Source of the DNA: the human T2T-CHM13v2.0 reference genome, Homo sapiens
Length of the DNA: 64,000 nt
Strand: one strand, 5' to 3'
Assembly (NCBI RefSeq): GCF_009914755.1
Contig: NC_060932.1
The position numbers were made by a program, and so were the translations under genes. Shown here one piece after another: positions 55,271 to 64,000 of this stretch (position 1 is the stretch's first letter; each line of letters begins with the position of its first letter). The notes under the pieces are model-generated. The model was given only the letters and a program-made list of their open reading frames with translations, searched no databases and had not been told where the DNA came from.

Positions 55271-55339
55271 GATAGATAGATAGATATAGATATAGATATA
55301 GATATATATATAGATATAGATATAGATATAGATATATAT
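55244..55339. repeat. Compound (TA)n/(TAGA)n/(TATAGA)n microsatellite
   Basis: Directly visible. Confidence 0.95.
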
Positions 55340-56502
55340 GGCATATATACACATATACATGTAATAAACCTAGATAATAGAAAATTATTATGGATTCTTA
55401 AATGGGGAGATATAATAAAATCATATATGAGGAAGATTATCCTGGTAATGATATACGGGGAAGACTCAAATGAGGGAAATTTCTGAGCACTAGAAGATGA
55501 AATGGGACAAATATCATGGATATCTATCCGAATTAAGACAGCAGGAGCTTGGAGTAAGGTGGAGGAATACTAAGAGATTTGAATAGAAGATATGTTTCAA
55601 AGCAAGAAAGAACTGTCAGAACTTGGGGGGTGGATATGGGATGTGAGAAGTTGTAGCCAAAGATGACTCCAATGCTGAGGTTTTGAGAGGCTGGGAAAAG
55701 AGTGGTGCCATAGACAACACATGGGGGAAGTTATGCATGGATGGACCTCAAAGCGTAGTAAATGAAATCTACTGCACTTAGCCCGAATTTGTTGAAATAA
55801 TAATAATCATTAGCTAGAATTTCATCATCCTTTGTGCTTTTGTGCAATTCTTTTGCCATCTGTTCTAGGAGCGATTCAGAATGTCAGTGCTTTTTGAACA
55901 GAAAGCAAATTCTAAAAGTAGAGATTTCTTATTTAAAAACATGTACTTCTCAAGCATTTAATTAAATTAAAAGTAAGACAATGATAGGGAAGAACTTAAC
56001 ATTCCAACCACTTAGAATTTAACTGAATAATGTTAAAAAATTATTTCAGTGGGGAATAAAAAAAAAAACTAATGAAACAAAACAAAAACTAGGTCAAGAA
56101 ATGACCCCAAGGCAAAGTCTTAAATCTTAAAGGTCAACAGGTCAGTATACTTTAAAAACTGTAATTCTACTTCTTAATTCTTCAGTGGGCTTACTGTGTC
56201 ATGTTAAGGTTATTCACTCCCATATACCATAGCCCATAATGTCACTCGAGGTATCCTTATGGCTTCTCCAGGTATTAAAGAAGCTTGATATGTTTTTGTT
56301 TCATTAATCTTTTCTCAGAGGCCAGTGATTAGTTCATCTGACTCCTTTCCATCAAGTTTAACATTTTTTTCAATTAAAAACTCATCTCTACAGATGGTAT
56401 TAGCATTAAGAGAGGCCTTTTCTGTTGAAAACAACAAATATTGAGATATTTTAGGAATTGTTCTATAAATCACTGGAAGTAGAATTGACTTCAAGTTTTC
56501 AT

Positions 56503-56559
56503 GGTTTGTTGTTGCTGGTGGCGGTGGTGGTGGTGGTGTGTGTGTGTGTGTGTGTGTGT
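56503..56559. repeat. Compound (GTT)/(GGT)n/(GT)n microsatellite
   Basis: Directly visible. Confidence 0.95.
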
Positions 56560-58189
56560 AAGTGAGCAAAAGTTGAGCTGATGAGAATTTGGCCCATATG
56601 GTTTATTGTTTCTAGAATGGATCAGTTTCATCCCAGTGCCTGGGCAATTTTGTTGCACATTAATGTGAAATATTGTAAATGTTTTTACCAAGCTATCAAC
56701 TATGAAATACTTTATCCAAAACATTATGATTACAAAGGCGATAATAGAAACAGCTTAAACCAGGAGAAAATGCTCTGTTAAAGAGGATTAGAAAGACCAT
56801 TTATTGAATAGTATGGATTTCTTCCAAGCCCCTGTGTGCAGAAAGCATGCAATGCGTGAATAATTCATCTAGAAATTCTATCGTGAAGTTGTATCAGTTT
56901 CCACAGTAAAACCTGGCCATGGAGGAGGAAAATACATCAACATCTGTGACAAGCTCTATGAGGAGACAGTGGCAAAGCCTTTCAGGCACCAGGAGCAAAG
57001 CAAAATATAATAAATTCACTTAAGTGTCAAATTTGTGTCGGCTAAATAATGACACCATATGTCTGGGTTGCTATGTCACCATAGGCTGCTCTGAAAAAAC
57101 ACATTGCTTTATAGAAATGGCTGTCAGCTCAGGGAAGAAAGCTTGCGGGCTACTGCCTTTCTATCAAAGAAAACAGAGATTGCCCAATGAATGCAGCATC
57201 CAATGATCAATACAATGATTGTTGTTATTGTGTTGTTTTTTCTTAATATGTCAGCAGTTAGAGTGAGCCTGCTGTTTAGACTTAGACATGTATAGTTAGA
57301 GAGGCTGTCTTAGTTGCACTGTCCTTCAACTGAGTTGGGGTAAGGCTTTGAAATCCCCGACAGTGGGCCTGCTGCATGGGCGTTAATGATGCAACTTGTC
57401 TTTATATGGTTTTCTGAGGAACTCTCCCCAGGGCACTTCGTAGACACTATCTCATTACTCTTCACAGCACCCCCAGGAGGAATCCAGGACTCTGACATTA
57501 TTTTCCTCCAGGGTAACTGAGGCATAGAAAGATTATGGTCACATTAGCCCATAGGAGGCATGATTCTGCCGCCCACTCAGCGTTTCTTGCTCCAGGCAGT
57601 CAGTATTCAAGCAGGCATGCAGACAGTCTTTATAGGAAGGAGGATTTGCCTTGTCTCCTGGGCATTTCTCTCCTTTCTGCTGGCATGCATAGTGCTGGCT
57701 GGGTGCCTGCTTCATGGCTGCTTCACCACTCCAAAGGCACAGTACCTAGGTTCAGCTGCCCTGTGAGTGGTCATCCCGCAGATTGCGCACTGTGATGCTG
57801 GTTCCAGAGGCTTCATGCTTGCATACAGGCCCCATGGCAGGCTGATCATGTCGTGTGTAACTGCTCTGAACAGGCTGGGACTCTGGAGAGCACCTGTCTG
57901 CCATGCAAAGGAATCAGTAACCCTGTCTCAGCTTCACACAGCCAGCCTTGACTGTGCCTCAGTTTTTCATCACAATTAGTCCAATGGTACTTAAAAGAGA
58001 TTGTGGCAAAGATAAATCATGTGGGAGGGGTTATGTTTAACTTTAATCACAAAGGTATAGGTAAGAGCTAGGAAATTGTGCAAATGGATCTATTATAAGG
58101 AAAATTGCCTTCCGTATATATTAGTTGTTCATGACAGCCTTCCAAAGAATTTAAAAACCCTAAATTAACTTCTAAACAATAACCATTTT

Positions 58190-58345
58190 AGGAGTGGTTC
58201 CAACAGAATGGTGCATATCTGAATCATTTGGAGAGTTTTGTGTGTGCACACAGGCATGCCCTCAGACATACTGAGTCATTGGATCCGGAGTATAGCCTGG
58301 GAGTAGAGATTCTAAAACCCCAGGTGAATCTGATGTGAAGTCAAT
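58190..58345. mobile_element. MER5-type fossil
   Basis: agtggttc...gaatcatttggagag...ctcagacatactgagtca...ccccaggtgaatctgatgtg. Confidence 0.55.
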
Positions 58346-58694
58346 GATTCTTCAGAAGGCTGCACAGGCCCTAGTTTCTCTCCTTCTGACACTGGGAAGT
58401 ATAAAACATCAAGTGCAAAGTGAAACAGATAAAAAAGAATTGTGGTTTCCTGACCTGACAGAGGTGTTTTCCATTCAGCAGTGTAATATTAGGAAATGGA
58501 GAAGATCATATAAATGCCGCAGTTCAGACTGAATCTGAAAAATGGAGTTTGAAACATGTAAAAGAAGTCTGGGGCAACCATAACCAGGATGTTTCTGATT
58601 GACACCTACTCCCTCATCCTAGTCCCATCTGAGTTTGTGGTAGTAATACCTTTCTCTGTTGGCTGTTTTAGCTTTCCTTGAAACCAGTCAAAGG

Positions 58695-59216
58695 ACAGAG
58701 GTTATTCAGTTGAAAGATGGCCACAAATTCACAGGTAAAGTCTGTTTCTCCACTCCTTTGAACTTGGGCTGAGCTGGTGACTGCTTTGATTAGTGGAACA
58801 CAGGGAAGTGATGCTGTGTCAGTTTTTGGCCTAAGCTTTTGGGAATACTGGCTGCATATGCTTCTCCTCTCTTAGAACACTAGCTCTGAGTTTGCTTCCT
58901 CTTGAAACCCAGCTGCCAAGCTAATAAGTGCACGAATCACATAGAGAGCTTGTTTTCAGGCATTTTGTTCAACAGTCTCAGCTAAGTTCCTGGCCAAGAG
59001 CCAATATCAACTGTCAGGCATGAAAGTGAACCATCTTGGACATTCCAGCTCAGTTGAACCCCAGATAACTGCAGCCCCAATCAGCATCACATGGAGCAGA
59101 AGTACCACCCAGCTAAGCCCAATCAAAACAAAGAATCACAAAAATTAACAGTATGGTTGGTGCTTTAAGCCAGTAAATATCAGGAGGCTTTCATGCAGCA
59201 ATAGATAACTAAAACA
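58695..59216 (+). mobile_element. MLT1 (G/H-like) LTR
   Basis: aaagatggccacaaattc...ggtgactgctttga...gaagtgatgctgtgtcagt...gccatcttgga-like block...ttgctttaagcca...gcagcaatagataactaaaaca. Confidence 0.8.
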
Positions 59217-61479
59217 AAGTGTCAGTGTATTTCCCAGTCCATACTAGTCTGAAGGTAAAAAAAAAATGGATCACAATTACAATTTCAAAATAGTATTTTT
59301 GGCTGTATTTTCACCTATTTTGTGGGAACTTCAGTGTCCTCATGTTCTTCCCACGTAATTTCTCTAAGGAGTGTCTAGAATGTATGATCTGGGAACCAAT
59401 CCTTTTGGCCACCATGTAGCACTGCTGTTTTAAAATTTTCACTCTGATAACATCTCTGCTCTGAGGTGATGCCTGTTTTTCTCTGCTGACACTAAGGGTA
59501 GGAGCCTGCTCTGTCTCCCAAAGCACCACTTCTGTAAATGGCCTCAATGACTGTGCTAAGCTTGTCAATGCCCCCAGATGTGTATTAAGGTGCCATTTCC
59601 ATTACTCATGAGGCTACTGGTGCCATTATAGCTGCTGCTGCTGCTCTGTTTGTAAGGTCCCAGGGGCATTTTAGGAAACAGTTCATTATTGTAACTAGTG
59701 ACATAAGTGCCCATATCCTTATACTTAATATATGTTTTTTTCAATTGAACTAAAGGGTTAAGTCATACTCCTTGGATTCTTTATTATTTTTTGGTGGGAG
59801 GATTCAAAAGATCTAAATTAAGCAACTCTGCGCAGGTGTTGCTAAAGTTGAAACATTTAGTTTACCAAGAAACTGACTAGACAAATTGTTACCTAAGAGT
59901 ATCCAGCTGGGGATGTTTCTCAATCAGACTTTCCTCAGCAGGAATTAATGCTATATTTGGGTGAGCTAAAGTATTTGACTTCCTTTCTAGTCTCTGAACA
60001 ATACAAGAAGAAGATAAAATATTTTTTTCTCTAGACTTCAAGGATAACCTTAATGATGTCCCAGCCTAACAAATAGGAAAGAAGAAACAAAGATTGAAAA
60101 ATCAGAGAACAGGTTTTAATCTTTAATATACTCATTAGGTAGATGTTTGGGATTACATTTATGACACCAATATATTGGGATTATTTATGTGAAATACTTA
60201 TATGTACCCACTTCCTTTTTGTCTGTTCTGAAGGTGCTGTGTCTCCCTCCAAGATTAAAGTTGAAACAGATGGAAGGTATTTGAAGTATAGGATCATTGG
60301 TTGAAAATACAAGGATATATACAAATTCAGTGAGATAGGAAGATGGGTGAACAAGAGGGAATACATAAACACTGAGCAAGAGGAAATCAGTATGATACCA
60401 TCAATTGTCTTGTGAGATTATGTTGCAGAACAGCTTCATTCCCTTGTATGTGGTTTTGGAAGATGGGAGAGAAGGAGAATGTCTATGTTTCTTGGGCTTC
60501 TAGGCATCAAGAGATTAATGAGAAAAAGAAGGGACCATTATGCCTGAAACAGAACCCTCTTTGATGTTCTCCTTTGAAAACCTAAGAGAAATAAAAGCAG
60601 AAAAGGATTCTACTGATTACTACTTCCTACAGTAATATGGTGATTGAACACTGATTAATCCTCCCCGACATTGATGCATTTTCACTGTTATGAAACATCT
60701 TAGAAAAATTGAAAAGTCAAAAAAAATAGATTCTTTCCTTGCTGTTTTAACTGAAAATTAAAGTTTGGGGGCCCATCTTCACAAAGTTAAATGCTAATAT
60801 TGGAGGATTATTGCTAAATATTTCTAAAAGTAATTGTTTGAGTTCTTCTGAATTATATTAAACTCAATAATTTTCATAGTAGAGTATGAATAGATCCTTG
60901 CTTAGTTAACTTGGCTCTTTTTCCTAATAATGAACATCTGGTTAAATTCTAATATACAAATATGAAGGAATTCTATTTTTTGGAGTTGCAGTTCTAGGAG
61001 TGCATTTGACACTTGGAACTCTCTTTAACCTGCCAAAAGATGGTCTGATAACTTTCAAATTTTGAGACTCACTTTGTCAGACACACTGGCAAGAGGCCTA
61101 CATTTAAGGAGTAGACCTTATGGAAGTAGAGCCCCTTAGCCAATTTGGAAGATTTTAAATTTTTGTTGGAACAATGAAGTTTATTTCTAAACTCTTTCAC
61201 CACATGTTATAAATATTAACAATGAAGGTAATGTGGGTGGTGGAGATCTTATTTTTTTTTTTTTGGAATGGGGATTTCAATATTGGCTGAGATGATAATA
61301 AAGTCATTCACTGAGAAACAGAACAGGAGGTTGTTCTAATTTTACATTTGCCTTATTTTTCATGAAGGAAAAAGGAATAAAAAACTTCAGCATGGTAATC
61401 AAGTTTATAGAGGCAATATTAATGGCTATAATGGGTTAGGCCAAATTACTCAAGTATTTATAGTTTGAAATTTTGAGGA

Positions 61480-61742
61480 GGCACTGCTTAGTAATTAAGA
61501 ATGCAGGATCTATGGTCATATGGCCTGGGCTTAAGCAATAGCACTGCACTTACAAGCTGTGTGAACTTGAGGCATATAGAAGTTAAGCAACTTGCCCAGT
61601 TTTCTCACCCTAATGCCTGCTAGAATCAGTCACAGTACTTAACTCATGAAATAGTTGTGAAGATTTCTTCTAGTTCTTGGTGCAATATCTGAGAAAAAAT
61701 ACTAAGTGCTCTGTAACTATTAGTTATTGCTATCATTATTGT
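61480..61742 (+). mobile_element. MIR
   Basis: gtaattaagaatgcaggatct...cacttacaagctgtgtgaacttg...taagtgctctgtaactattagttatt. Confidence 0.65.
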
Positions 61743-62914
61743 TGAATAGACAAAATTTCCCATGAACAAATTTATTCACTCAGGGAGAAAAAGAAAAAAT
61801 AATTTATTGTTATTATTAATAAAAAATAATTTATTTCTCCATATCTTTTAGATATTGGGAAATGAGATGGGGAAATTGAGAGGATTTCCCCAATTATGCA
61901 TTTGACTTTAATAAGTTATTCCTTAAATGAGAATCTTACTTATTATCCTGAATATGTTGGCAAATGGTTTCAACTCCTTTTATGCCACTTCCTGAGTAGA
62001 TACTGGGCTAAAACACCTCTTCCACCTTGCTGGCCATGAAAGATCCTCTAGAGTCCCCTTCATTTTATTATTGAACCAAAATTGTTCTGATGGGAAAGAT
62101 GTTCCATCAGCACAAGGAGCATTTGTGGCTACAGAGCATCTTGCCTGTACTCTTGGCTGGTATTGTGGGAAAACTTCACACAACAGTCAGGCATAGCAGG
62201 ACACAGTTCCACATTGGGGAGCAAGGTCAGAAAATGTCACTTTCTGAAGGTGAATACAAGAAGAGAGCACACTATGGATGAGCATGTCATTTGTTCATCC
62301 ACCGAACTGTCATCTGTGCATCCATGTCATCTGCTCATCCACTAGACTCCTTCTGAGTGGAGTCTAATTTGTATGTTGCCCAAGAAGCATTGTATTTTCC
62401 AGTTGTCATAGAGAAGATGCAGGCTGTCTCCCAAATTCAATCAAAGGCCCTGGACATTCTCCCTAAGTCCTGTTAAAGTCATTAGAGTATTTTGTAGTAC
62501 TTTGTTTTTTCAGGAAAAGAATGCTGTTTTCTATTCAATACATGTTGATTACATACTTAAAAGGTTATTGCCTTATCATTAAGGGGTGGTGATGATATAT
62601 CTCAATTCTAGAAAAACACCAGGGGGCTAATTTATCACAGTGTCAGCACTGAGCAAATAACATTCCCTCCTATCCTCTCTGAGAATTGTTCCTGGAAATG
62701 GAATTGGAGTTGGGTAGCACATGTTACCACTGCTTGGTGGTACATCCTATTAGCATTGTGTGACACTGAACTCACCAAGCTGCCCTTTAAATATAATTTT
62801 ATAATTTAGATTCCCACATAACATTTTCTCCAGAGGAAAGAATGATCTGGTCATGCCCAAGAGCCACTCTGAGCCTTTGGGAGTTATATTTATCACTGTA
62901 AATTAATAAATTGG

Positions 62915-63225
<311 letters not shown>

Positions 63226-64000
63226 TTAAATCAGTTTTGTGGGTATTTGGCCAATGTCAGTCTATAGAAGCTGATCACTCTGGGTCAGTTGAAAAAACAA
63301 GCAAGATTAGAGTGTTGCATTTGCAGAGCTGAGCCTAGCTACAGTGGACCTTTCAGGATGCAGCCAAGTAGGGTTAGTCTGGGACAGTCAGTACCTCTGT
63401 TTGACTTTGCCCACCTGCAGCAAGGGACTAGAAGATCATGGAGATTAATCCTCCCTTTCCTCCACTCTCCATCTACAGAGCCAGATATTACCACATTCCC
63501 ATTAGTCTAGGCAATATTCTGATTTTTCATCAATTGACAGAGAGTGGGAAGAAAGCAATAAGATTGACTAAGAAATTAGTGAGTGTAACAACTGAGATCC
63601 TGTGAGGTCTCCTAATCTTAGCTCCAATTATGACATCACTGGTGCAGCATCATTGAAGACACTTGACTTGGGCTATAGTTTGTTGGCCCTAATCCAATTC
63701 TATCAAAAACTGAAGATGAATGTTTATTTCTTACATCTCAAATTCTTGTCACATATCCAGAAAAGTACATTATCCAAAAGTCATCACTCTGATGGTTTAA
63801 AATGTGTTTTACTCAATGGGGTGATACAAGACTGGCTGGTGAGGGACAGGTCTTAGAGCTGCAGAAAAGTGAAATAGAATAAACATAGGCTAATATTTAA
63901 ATGCATCCTCATCTCTGTGCCATTTGTTCTTCAACATTTGAATCTTCATGTGGTTATAAACACTCTTATCCTAGAAGAAATAAACTAATTGCCAAATAAA

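Larger units (their letters stand above)
54198..55720 (-). mobile_element. L2 fragments with inserted MIR and microsatellite
   Basis: Antisense L2 tail (cattcatacagcaagcattaagtgag) and purine-rich L2 body (aaagatgactccaatg...ggctgggaaaagagtggtgccat). Confidence 0.45.

Noticed and set aside
62616-62629. CTCF-like motif acaccagggggcta
   Set aside because: Partial match only; single motifs of this quality are common by chance.

Overview
AT-rich, repeat-dense mammalian DNA, almost certainly human: it carries two near-consensus Alu elements of human-specific subfamilies (AluYb8 at ~7.0 kb, AluYg6 at ~26.5 kb). I found no credible protein-coding gene, tRNA, rRNA or snRNA. The ORF track consists of Alu/L1/LTR-derived or chance ORFs, apart from a decayed L1 ORF1p remnant. 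The window looks like the interior of a long intron or an intergenic region, and I cannot name the host locus. Identifiable content: 15 Alu/FLAM elements, L1 relics (one composite, one apparently 5'-inverted), MaLR LTRs (THE1, MST, MLT1), MER34/MER39-group ERV1 LTRs, DNA-transposon fossils (MER30 x2, MER5, MER47A, MER2/MER8-like, MADE2), MIR and L2 fragments, and microsatellites. The most unusual structures are not standard repeats: (1) a 122-bp segment copied from 2 kb upstream into the tip of a hairpin and flanked by a 14-bp direct duplication (20.2-20.45 kb); (2) several short direct-repeat/fold-back-palindrome mosaics (22.7, 37.7, 47.65, 62.3 kb) that resemble templated DNA-repair scars. 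I do not see evidence for a new multi-gene system. Repeat subfamily names come from recalled consensus features without running RepeatMasker, and boundaries of old elements are approximate.
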